This document shows, piece after piece, positions 16,113 to 23,762 of a stretch of DNA of 32,000 bases (positions are counted from its first letter, which is position 1; every line of letters starts with the position of its first letter). The position numbers and the translations under genes are program-made. The notes below the pieces were generated by a model. That model was not told the DNA's origin. It did not search any database and worked only from the letters and a program-made list of their open reading frames with translations. Origin of the DNA: Candidatus Electronema aureum (lineage in GTDB: Bacteria > Desulfobacterota > Desulfobulbia > Desulfobulbales > Desulfobulbaceae); contig NQJD01000013.1 of assembly GCA_004284765.1 (NCBI GenBank), forward strand, positions 1 to 32,000, read 5' to 3'.

Positions 16113-18878
16113 TCATGCCTTCTGAATTCTGGTTTTGATGTACTTCAGCGGCGGCGTGCCCGACCATTTACAGGCCAGATTCGGCGGCAACAAGACATTC
16201 GTGTTAAAGCCGCCACAGCCGGGAAACTTTGGATCGCCTTCTAGCCCATATCTGCCGCCGAAACCGCCTGCTGCCGCAATCACACCCTGCCGGATGTCCC
16301 ATGTGACCTTGGCTGCCGCTTTAATTTCACCCCAAGGCGAGGCGACGATCACTTGATCGCCGTCAGCGATGCCGAGCTTTTTTGCGTCCATCCAATTGAT
16401 CCAGACAGGATTGCTGCTACATTGGTTCATCAGGGCCGGATTCCAGCAGGTGGAAGTGTGTTCATGCTCCAGCACTCGGAAGTAGCCGAGAATCAACGGA
16501 TAGTCAGTATCAGGCCGCAGCTCTGGCCAATCCTCCCACGGCGGAAGATAATCAGGCAGGGCATTCAATCCGGCCTTTTCTGCAACCGGATTGATGAAAT
16601 TGTACTTGCTGGTCGCGCTGTGACCTGAAGCTCCGTAGCCGGACGGCGGGTTAATGGAACCCCACTGCTCATATTTGCGGAACGCCTGCGGATCAGTGAT
16701 AAAATAGCCGGTCTCGCGCAGTTCCTCCAGTGTCACCCGCTGATTGCGGAGCTGGTTGCGCATGTATTCCTCTTCGCTTTGCCACGGGAAGAACTCGCCA
16801 AAGCCTAGCCGCTGCGCCAGCTCGGTGAAAATCTGTACCACCGGCCTTGAATCATACAAGGGCTGCACCGCTTTCTCTCCGAGCGAGATGAAAGATTCAT
16901 ACATCCAGTCTGAGGCCACGCGGCTTTGCTCTAAATACGTGCAATCGGGCAACACCACGTCGCACAGCTCGGCAGTGTTACTCATGTAGCAGTCAATGGC
17001 GCAGGAAAACTCCAGCCGCTCCATCGCCCGCCGCAAACTCGGCTCCGCGCCGCTCGACATAACCGGATTACCGAAATAACAAAGCATCGCTTTCAGTCGC
17101 CCGGCCTGCGCATCTTCCTCAAAATAGGCGGGAATCCAGCCGCTCCAAAGCCTGCCGGGATTGAGCTTGAATTTTGCGGCGTTGTTCGGTGGCTTAGGCT
17201 GATTGTCCGCCCATGCTGAGGCCAGCTTGAATTTGCTGACCAAAGCCGGGCCGCCCGGCGCGTCAAAGCTGCCCATAAGGGCGTTTAGAGCTTGAATGGC
17301 TTGGGTGGCATGGGTGGCGTTCGGTGCCTGAGCCACACCGGTCCACGAAAGTGCGGCGGTGGCAGGCGCAGCTGAGGCGAATTCGTGGGCCAGCCGGGTT
17401 ATAGTTGCGGCAGGCACCCCGCAGATCGTCTCGGCCCATTGCGGCGTGCGGGCAATGCCATCCCCCTCTCCTAAAAGCCGTTTTTTGAACTCGGCGAACC
17501 CGTAGCACCAGTTTTCAGTGAACGCCTGGTCGTGCAGATTGTCCGCCACGATGACGTGGCACATCGCCATTGCCATCGCCCCGTCTGTGCCGGGAATGAT
17601 CGGAATCCACTCCGTCGCAATCTGCGCAGTCTCGCAGCGGCGCGGGTCAACCACCACTAACTTGGCCCCATTTTTCACCGCCTGCTTGAGCAAGTTGACT
17701 TTGCGCTGTCCGGCGGAAGTCGCCAGCTCATTGATGCCGAAGAGCAGAATGTACTGCGAATGGGCATAGTCAATCCAAGGCCGCTTTTCGCCAAGACAAT
17801 GCTCGTTCGCCATGCGGTTGGGATTGTCGCACATCTGGCGATGGGTGGTCTTGTTCGGCGTGCCGTAAGCGGCCATCACTGCGTCGTGGCACCAACTATT
17901 GTAGTCGTTGCCCTGATGAAAGCCAACCGTCTTCGGATCAAAGCTCTTCAGCTTGGCGGCAAGCAGATCAAGTGCCTCGTCCCATTCCGCTTTGCGGAAT
18001 CTGCCGTTCTCGCGAATCAGGGGAGTTTTGAGACGATAGGCGGAATAGGTGTTTTTATGCGCATTTGCCCCTTTGATGCAAAGCCGTCCGCCGCCTTTGG
18101 GATCACCAGCCAATCCCTTGCAGCCGACAATCACCCCGTCTTTCACCCGCACCTCCTGCCCGCAAAGACCAAGGCAGATATAGCAGTGCGTCTTGACGAC
18201 GTGTTCCGGCTCTATCTGCGCCGAGCCTTCAACCAGCGTGACTAAGGTCTTGTTTAACTCCAGCGCAGCAAGAATCGGTTCCAGCACTACCAGCGCACTG
18301 TCTGCTGCTGACAGCACAGCCATCGTCAGTTCAGCCAGCCCTTTATAGAAATCTGTTTTAGCCAAAGCAGCAAGCTGGGCACAAAACTTGTCCGCCCAAG
18401 ACAGCAAGTGATTCTGGAGAAAATCAGCCTGTCGTTCCTCGTTGCCGGGCTGTGCCGCCAAATAAGCCATGAATTCCAGTTCAACCGCAATATGATCGTC
18501 CAAATCCGGCCAAGCAGGATTGAGATGCACCCCGCTATCGTGATAAATTTTCCGTACCTGAAAGATTGGCTCCTGCATGACCAGCGGCTCGCCGGAAAGA
18601 TGGCAGGAAGCATAGGGAAAAGCAGGATTCTGACCTGCATTGAGAAACAGCTCTGCGTAGTCATGGCGCAGCTCGCGGAAAACTGCCTCTGTCGGGGCGG
18701 ACTGGAGAAAATCGATCATCCGGGGTAGGCCAGATGACCGCTTTTTGCTGAAAAAATGCTCAGTAACCTGACTATTTGCAAGTTTTCTCAGCAAGGGCAA
18801 AGAAATTTCATCCCGATACAACAGGGAAATAAAGCGGTAGATTGTTGATCGCGCTAACTTCATTTGAGTGCCCATCAT
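16113..18878 (-). CDS. Molybdopterin (Mo/W-bisPGD) oxidoreductase catalytic subunit fused N-terminally to a TorD/DmsD/NarJ-type chaperone domain; no Tat leader
   Basis: Residues ~10-190 carry DYAELFLNAGQNPAFPYASCHL, DDHIAVELEFMAYL and FYKGLAEL (TorD family). Then come C232-x2-C235-x3-C239...C267 (4Fe-4S), THRQMCDNP (candidate Cys ligand), VVVDPRR and IPIIPGTDGA, and a C-terminal GIADGDQVIVASPWGEIKAAAKVT barrel. It is a single 921-aa ORF. Confidence 0.9.
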   Translation of the reverse strand: MMGTQMKLARSTIYRFISLLYRDEISLPLLRKLANSQVTEHFFSKKRSSGLPRMIDFLQSAPTEAVFRELRHDYAELFLNAGQNPAFPYASCHLSGEPLVMQEPIFQVRKIYHDSGVHLNPAWPDLDDHIAVELEFMAYLAAQPGNEERQADFLQNHLLSWADKFCAQLAALAKTDFYKGLAELTMAVLSAADSALVVLEPILAALELNKTLVTLVEGSAQIEPEHVVKTHCYICLGLCGQEVRVKDGVIVGCKGLAGDPKGGGRLCIKGANAHKNTYSAYRLKTPLIRENGRFRKAEWDEALDLLAAKLKSFDPKTVGFHQGNDYNSWCHDAVMAAYGTPNKTTHRQMCDNPNRMANEHCLGEKRPWIDYAHSQYILLFGINELATSAGQRKVNLLKQAVKNGAKLVVVDPRRCETAQIATEWIPIIPGTDGAMAMAMCHVIVADNLHDQAFTENWCYGFAEFKKRLLGEGDGIARTPQWAETICGVPAATITRLAHEFASAAPATAALSWTGVAQAPNATHATQAIQALNALMGSFDAPGGPALVSKFKLASAWADNQPKPPNNAAKFKLNPGRLWSGWIPAYFEEDAQAGRLKAMLCYFGNPVMSSGAEPSLRRAMERLEFSCAIDCYMSNTAELCDVVLPDCTYLEQSRVASDWMYESFISLGEKAVQPLYDSRPVVQIFTELAQRLGFGEFFPWQSEEEYMRNQLRNQRVTLEELRETGYFITDPQAFRKYEQWGSINPPSGYGASGHSATSKYNFINPVAEKAGLNALPDYLPPWEDWPELRPDTDYPLILGYFRVLEHEHTSTCWNPALMNQCSSNPVWINWMDAKKLGIADGDQVIVASPWGEIKAAAKVTWDIRQGVIAAAGGFGGRYGLEGDPKFPGCGGFNTNVLLPPNLACKWSGTPPLKYIKTRIQKA

Positions 18879-18915
18879 CTTGCTCTGCTTGTCAAATCTA
18901 ATTGCTTTTTATGCC

Positions 18916-19809
18916 TTACTCGCCAGCTTTCATGCCAATTGTACGTAAACACTCAAGCACTGGGGCATAATCAACAGCCTGTTTCCAACCGCTTATTTTT
19001 GCACCCTGCGCTGCTGAAGAATTTTCCTTCATGTCTATAAGGGCTGAGGAAACTTTTTTACTCACATCAGTCTTGACATGAGCAAGAGCAGCTAAGGGCC
19101 ATTCAGGATAAAGAACAGTTGAGTGAACAAAAGGGAAATCATCCTCAACTTTATTGATAATCCTGAAATCATCCATGTTGATTTTTCCATCTTCTGCCAT
19201 TCGCTCTAATGTATCGGTACGCACTGTCCCTACATCAACAAGCTTATCCGCAACAGCATGAACGACCTGCTCATGGGTGCCAATCTCTGCATATCCTAAG
19301 CAGTCTTTTTCCGGGTCGATGCCGTTGGTCTTCAGCAGATACAAGCCAGCATGAAGTCCACCAAATGAAGATTTCTTAACAAAACCAAATTTTTTCCCTT
19401 TGATATCCTCCAGCTTTTCAATCAGGCTATCTTTGCGGACAAAGATCACACCGCCAAACTGATGTACGCTTTTATTTTTGATTTTGTTGATCATGGTTGC
19501 TACAGCTTTCACGCCGTATTTTTCCCCCATTTCCGCGACAATGGCAGGATTAGCCAAGATGAAATCAATCTTTTTCTCTTTGATTGCTGCGTCCATAGCA
19601 AGAAAGGTTACAGGCATGACGGAGAACGAGATCCCTGTGGCTTTGCTAAGATATTCCCCGTGTCCATTCCATTGCGTGATGACCTCGCTGGCACCGTTTT
19701 TTGCCAGTACCCCGATTGTATACTCCTCCGCAGCTGCCTGAAAGGTCTGTAGCAGGACGAATGCCGCTAACATAGCGGTAGCTAATAATAATCTGTTTCT
19801 ACGAATCAT
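18916..19809 (-). CDS. PhnD-like periplasmic substrate-binding protein (phosphonate-bd fold)
   Basis: Signal peptide ...LLQTFQAAA, then YTIGVLA, IDFILANPA, GGVIFVRKDS, IKGKKFGFVKKSSFGG and GTVRTDTLERM. SD AGGAG. It ends 37 nt upstream of the oxidoreductase ORF on the same strand. Confidence 0.8.
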   Translation of the reverse strand: MIRRNRLLLATAMLAAFVLLQTFQAAAEEYTIGVLAKNGASEVITQWNGHGEYLSKATGISFSVMPVTFLAMDAAIKEKKIDFILANPAIVAEMGEKYGVKAVATMINKIKNKSVHQFGGVIFVRKDSLIEKLEDIKGKKFGFVKKSSFGGLHAGLYLLKTNGIDPEKDCLGYAEIGTHEQVVHAVADKLVDVGTVRTDTLERMAEDGKINMDDFRIINKVEDDFPFVHSTVLYPEWPLAALAHVKTDVSKKVSSALIDMKENSSAAQGAKISGWKQAVDYAPVLECLRTIGMKAGE

Positions 19810-20066
19810 GTTGTATCTCCTACGTGTTAAATATGCTCCCCAACTGCCCTAACCAAACGGCGCAAGCCTATCCGGGAATGTTCAAAAAATCAAGAGAGAA
19901 GCAGAGTAGTGGCAAAAATTTCCTTCCTCACACTCTTCTCGTCTCCGGCTAATACTTCCTGAACATTTTTTCATTCAAGTAGCACTCTGACAGTCCATGT
20001 ATTCTTTCGTCGGCCAGTACCGTACAAAAGAAGGGGGATAACTCAAACCGTTCTCAGGGAGAAAGC

Positions 20067-21473
20067 ATGAAGAACAGCGGAACAGTACGTCTTTTAGCCT
20101 TTGTTGCAACTTTTGCCGCCGTAGTGAGCACGCAGGAATGCTTGGCTCAGGCGCAAAAACAGAACAAAGAAACCATCTTGCGCATTCATGGCTCTAACAC
20201 CATTGGCGCACAGCTTGCGCCGGATTTAGCTAAAGTCTTTTTGCAAAAGCTGGGCGCGGATTCAGTCAAACAGGTTGATCTCGCCGCAGGCACCGAGATT
20301 AACATCGAAGGGCATTTTCCCAATCAAGAGCTGGTTAAGGTCATCGAAATCCGGGCGCACGGCTCTTCTACCGGTTTCAAGGGACTGAAGGACAAGCAAT
20401 GCGACATTGGTATGGCCTCTCGGAAGATTAAAGACAATGAAGCGCAAGAGTTAGCTTTTCTCGGCGAGATGACGAGCAGTGCCAGCGAGCATGTTTTGGC
20501 CTTAGACGGTGTAGCGGTGATCGTCAATAGCGCGAATGCTGCTGTGTCCAAGCTGAGTTTCGCCCAATTGTCCGACATTTTTTCCGGCAAGCTGATAAAT
20601 TGGTCGAAAATTGGCTGGGCAGACGCGCCGATCAGCATTCAGGCGCGGGATGAGAACTCAGGTACGCACGACACATTTCAGAGCATCGTGTTGGGCGAGA
20701 AAAAAATGGACGGGGCGGCGAAACGCTGGGATTCCAACGACAATCTTTCTGCGGCGGTCAACGCTGATACCCACGCGATTGGCTATTGTGGCCTGCCTTA
20801 TGTCAAGCACAACAAAGCCTTGGGTATTTCCGATGGTGGCCCAGCAGTACGGCCCACGGTTTTTACCGTTGCTACTGAAGATTATCCGGTTAGCCGCCGC
20901 CTTTATTTTTACACCCCGGCTGCTCCAGAAAATTCGTACACGCAGGACTTCATCGCCTTTGCCTTGAGCCAAGAAGGACAGGAGCAGGTCAGAAAGCACA
21001 AATTTGTTGATTTGACCATTTCTGCTGAGGAACACAAGGTTGATGTCGCGTTGGGAACGAACCAAAATTACCAAGTGCTGTATAAATATCTGACTGCCGT
21101 GCGAGGTGCGAAACGACTGTCGGCAAACTTCCGCTTTAAAGGAGAAACGCTTGAATTAGACAACCGATCCTTGCGCGATGTTGAACGAATAGTGGATTTT
21201 CTGGCGGAAAATAGAGCAAAGGAAATTATTTTAGCAGGATTTTCCGACCGCAGTGAGGATATAGCCCGCAATATAGAAGGACCTACTGATAATAAATACG
21301 CCAAGAATTTTGATCTTTCCTGCAAACGGGCGGAAGCCGTTAAAGAAGAGCTGAATTCACGCGGTATCAAAATTGGCGATATCCTTTGTGTCGGCAGCGA
21401 GATGCCAGTCGCGTCGAATAGTACCGAACTGGGTCGGGAGAAAAACCGCCGGGTTGAGGTCTGGGTGAGATGA
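20067..21473 (+). CDS. PstS-like phosphate-binding domain fused to a C-terminal OmpA-like peptidoglycan-binding domain
   Basis: Signal peptide; GSNTIG, HGSSTGF, CDIGMASR, ALDGVAVIVN and LSDIFSGKLINW (PBP-like type 2). The C-terminal segment LAGFSD...SCKRAEAVKEEL...NRRVEVWV is OmpA-like. Confidence 0.85.
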   Translation: MKNSGTVRLLAFVATFAAVVSTQECLAQAQKQNKETILRIHGSNTIGAQLAPDLAKVFLQKLGADSVKQVDLAAGTEINIEGHFPNQELVKVIEIRAHGSSTGFKGLKDKQCDIGMASRKIKDNEAQELAFLGEMTSSASEHVLALDGVAVIVNSANAAVSKLSFAQLSDIFSGKLINWSKIGWADAPISIQARDENSGTHDTFQSIVLGEKKMDGAAKRWDSNDNLSAAVNADTHAIGYCGLPYVKHNKALGISDGGPAVRPTVFTVATEDYPVSRRLYFYTPAAPENSYTQDFIAFALSQEGQEQVRKHKFVDLTISAEEHKVDVALGTNQNYQVLYKYLTAVRGAKRLSANFRFKGETLELDNRSLRDVERIVDFLAENRAKEIILAGFSDRSEDIARNIEGPTDNKYAKNFDLSCKRAEAVKEELNSRGIKIGDILCVGSEMPVASNSTELGREKNRRVEVWVR

Positions 21474-21509
21474 CCGCATCAATTCCTCATGTTCTCACAA
21501 CAATCCTCT

Positions 21510-21519
21510 GACAATTGTC
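21510..21519. promoter_or_regulatory. Perfect 10-bp palindrome upstream of the Cys-rich operon (possible operator)
   Basis: GACAATTGTC lies 65 nt upstream of ATG 21584. There is no further support. Confidence 0.25.
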
Positions 21520-21583
21520 TGGTTGAATGAGGGCAGTCGAAGTGGAGAAGCAGCTGGCTGACATTTTCAAATGAGGAGGAGTC

Positions 21584-21787
21584 ATGCTGGAACGAAATGA
21601 GAGTACCTTGGAGCGGGCCTTGGAAAAAGCGGCAAAGATCATCTGTAGCTTGCAATACGGACGCTGTCCTGTCCAGGAAGAGCATTTTCCCGGCTGTCCC
21701 AGCGTGTGCAATGAGGACAGCCTGCCGTGGCAGTGCTGGGTTTCCTATCTGCGGGCCACCGCAACCGGGGCAGGGGCAGCGGCGTGA
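21584..21787 (+). CDS. Small Cys-rich protein (67 aa), unknown function
   Basis: Strong SD GAGGAGGAG lies 2-5 nt before the ATG. The composition is plausible: a helical N-terminus (ESTLERALEKAAKIICSL), then RCPVQEEHFPGCPSVCNEDSLPWQCW. The overlapping frame of ORF 21597.. looks like R/S/P/G-rich noise here. Confidence 0.55.
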   Translation: MLERNESTLERALEKAAKIICSLQYGRCPVQEEHFPGCPSVCNEDSLPWQCWVSYLRATATGAGAAA

Positions 21788-21815
21788 CGATGGACTGCAA
21801 TCTGCGGGTGCCAGC

Positions 21816-22145
21816 TTGGCGTGGAAGACGGAAAAGAACAAACTGAACTGCTGGGAGTTCAAAGAATGCGGCAGGGAGCCGGGCGGTCGCAACGCGGCAT
21901 TGTTCGGAATCTGTCCCGCCGCTGTTGTGCAGCAGGCGGACGGCATACATGACGGCAAAAACGGCGGACGCTGCTGCTGGTTCGTGACCGTTTCTTTCTC
22001 CAAAGGCAAACCTCAAGGAGGTTGCTCAGAAAACTCCGGCTGCTGCTGGAGCTGCAAATTCTACAATCTGGTCAGAAACGAAGAGCATACCGGTTTCATC
22101 CTCCGATATATCAGTCCAAGCCGGATACGGCCTGTTCAAAAATAA
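21816..22145 (+). CDS. Two-CW-type Cys-rich domain protein (~109 aa; start codon uncertain, TTG 21816 proposed)
   Basis: NCWEFKECGREPGG...GICPA...GKNGGRCCW...CCWSCKFYNLVRNEE matches my recollection of the family labelled two-CW domain. There is no in-frame ATG after the upstream gene's stop. A terminator follows. Confidence 0.65.
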   Translation: MAWKTEKNKLNCWEFKECGREPGGRNAALFGICPAAVVQQADGIHDGKNGGRCCWFVTVSFSKGKPQGGCSENSGCCWSCKFYNLVRNEEHTGFILRYISPSRIRPVQK

Positions 22146-22173
22146 CTGCCCGTCTTTCCTTTTGTCTCAACCG

Positions 22174-22204
22174 GCCAGCCAAAATTTCAGCTGGCTGCTT
22201 TTTT
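22174..22204 (+). terminator. Rho-independent terminator of the Cys-rich operon
   Basis: GCCAGC (22174-22179) pairs with GCTGGC (22190-22195) around a 10-nt loop, followed by tgcTTTTTT. Confidence 0.6.
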
Positions 22205-22435
22205 CTATTTTTCCGCATTCCTCATCAAATTTTCATTGCTGCTTAACACATTCCTAACACCTGCCGGTTAAATAATTGGTCAGGAGAGTTACGCCAGTTC
22301 CCTCTGCGGCAAGGCAACCAGTGCAAGCTCCGGCACTGTGTCGCGGTAGGGAGCTGCTCTTTTCACGACAGGCTGTGTTGATGGCATGTCGCTGCCGTCA
22401 TGTTGGATATGAATCAATTTTCTAAGGAGAGAGAG

Positions 22436-23590
22436 ATGAGAAAACTGTATTTTCAAGGTGCAATCACCTTGACTGCCGGAGCCATGCTGCTCGGCGCATC
22501 AACTCGAGCGTCTGCGCTGGAGATCAAATCCGGCAACGACAAAGTTGATGTACAGCTTAAAGGCCATATCGCCAGAGCAATGATGATGGCTGATGACGGC
22601 AATGACAGCAAATTTTTTCACGTTGATAACAGCAACTCGGAGAGCCGAATTATTCTTGATGGTAAGGTCAAAGCCTCTGATTCCCTCACTGTTGGTAGCA
22701 CTTTTGAGGTGCAATGGCAGGCAAATCCATCTGACAAAGTGTCAATGGGTGAAGAAACTATCTCCGGTGAATTCAAAGAACGAATCATGGAGGTTTATTT
22801 TGATGCCAAAGATATGGGCAAATTTTCCTTGGGACGCGGTGACATGGCTTCAGACGACAGCACCGAAGTTGATTTATCCGGTACTGATTTAGCAGGCAAT
22901 TCCGGTGTAGCTGACGTGGGCGGCAGTTTCAAATTTTACGATCCCGCAGCGGAAGCACTCGTTCCTGATGAAAACGGCGAAGTCGTCGATAACCGCTTGG
23001 CGGTGAGCAATGTCTTTGACAACATGGACGGTTTGAGCCGGAGAAACCGGGTGCGCTACGACACGCCCAAGTTTGCAGGTTTCGGTCTCGGTGTTTCCAC
23101 TGGTGAAAAGGAAATGGCTGATGTCACGCTGATTTATTCCGGCGAGTTGAGCGGCACTAAGTTAGAAGGTGCGCTGGCTTGGTCTGATCCGGGCAGTGAG
23201 AAAAGCTACAGTCAAATCAACGGCTCCGCCTCGCTGCTGTTCGATTTTGGCCTTAATTTTACCGCTGCGTTTGGTAGCCGCGATGTAGATAACATGCCTG
23301 CGGGCGGCGATGAGCCGACCTTCACGTATGGCAAAATTGGCTACAAATGTGACAAACTGCTGCCTTTTGGTTCTACCGCTGTTTCTGTGGATTACGGCGC
23401 GTACGAGAACGTCAAGCATCAGAATAAAGGCGAGGAAGGCACTGCCTACGGCCTTCAGCTGGTGCAAAAGGTGTCTGACTGGAACACCGAGCTGTATGCG
23501 GCATGGCGTAATTTTGAGTTAGAGGATAACAGCGGCGCAGGCTACGAGGATATTTCGATTGTTATGGCCGGGGTACGGCTCAAATTCTAA
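22436..23590 (+). CDS. Outer-membrane porin (beta-barrel), paralog 1
   Basis: SD TAAGGAGAGAGAG before ATG 22436. Signal peptide ...ASTRASA. Alternating beta-strand pattern and a C-terminal ...VRLKF with terminal Phe. Confidence 0.8.
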   Translation: MRKLYFQGAITLTAGAMLLGASTRASALEIKSGNDKVDVQLKGHIARAMMMADDGNDSKFFHVDNSNSESRIILDGKVKASDSLTVGSTFEVQWQANPSDKVSMGEETISGEFKERIMEVYFDAKDMGKFSLGRGDMASDDSTEVDLSGTDLAGNSGVADVGGSFKFYDPAAEALVPDENGEVVDNRLAVSNVFDNMDGLSRRNRVRYDTPKFAGFGLGVSTGEKEMADVTLIYSGELSGTKLEGALAWSDPGSEKSYSQINGSASLLFDFGLNFTAAFGSRDVDNMPAGGDEPTFTYGKIGYKCDKLLPFGSTAVSVDYGAYENVKHQNKGEEGTAYGLQLVQKVSDWNTELYAAWRNFELEDNSGAGYEDISIVMAGVRLKF

Positions 23591-23604
23591 GCAGGAAAAT
23601 CAGC

Positions 23605-23637
23605 GGCGGATGTCCCTATCTACCCGGGACATCCGCC
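23605..23637 (+). terminator. 12-bp-stem hairpin after porin 1
   Basis: GGCGGATGTCCC (23605-23616) pairs perfectly with GGGACATCCGCC (23626-23637). The downstream sequence is T-rich but has no clean run. Confidence 0.5.
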
Positions 23638-23762
23638 CTTCAATCGTTCTTGCTTCTTCTAACTCTCTCGGTTGATAATCTTTTTCTCTGGAAAAACAGA
23701 TTCTACCGAGGTATTATGATACAAAAGTTTTCACCGTCATAATTTTTCAGGAGAGAAGAACG

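Noticed and set aside
19810-20066. I looked for a Moco or other riboswitch in the leader of the PhnD-like/oxidoreductase operon.
   Set aside because: I could not recognise the conserved Moco-motif elements. This cannot be excluded without a covariance-model scan.
21553-21568. Sigma54-like TGGC...TTTC element upstream of the Cys-rich operon.
   Set aside because: The essential GC of the -12 box is missing: the sequence is TGGCTGACATTTTCAA against the consensus TGGCACG-N4-TTGCW.
21772-21795. Possible RF2-style +1 programmed frameshift at GCG-TGA-C that would join the 67-aa ORF to the two-CW frame. An AGGGG lies upstream, and the shift from frame 2 to frame 0 is +1.
   Set aside because: The P-site codon GCG cannot re-pair in the +1 frame, and the SD-like element is 5 nt away rather than 3. 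Two separate genes with a TTG start is the simpler model. It remains testable by proteomics.
21597-21815. The N-terminal 73 residues of the 182-aa ORF (MRVPWSGPWKKRQRSS...).
   Set aside because: The composition is R/S/P/G-rich and noise-like. The ATG is 17 nt from the SD, which instead fits ATG 21584 in another frame. Only the region from about 21816 onward looks like protein.
22380-22410. Pho-box-like CCGTCAT half-site upstream of porin 1, also present upstream of porin 2.
   Set aside because: Only one half-site resembles CTGTCAT, and there is no second half-site at 11-bp spacing. The shared motif is better explained by duplication of the leader.
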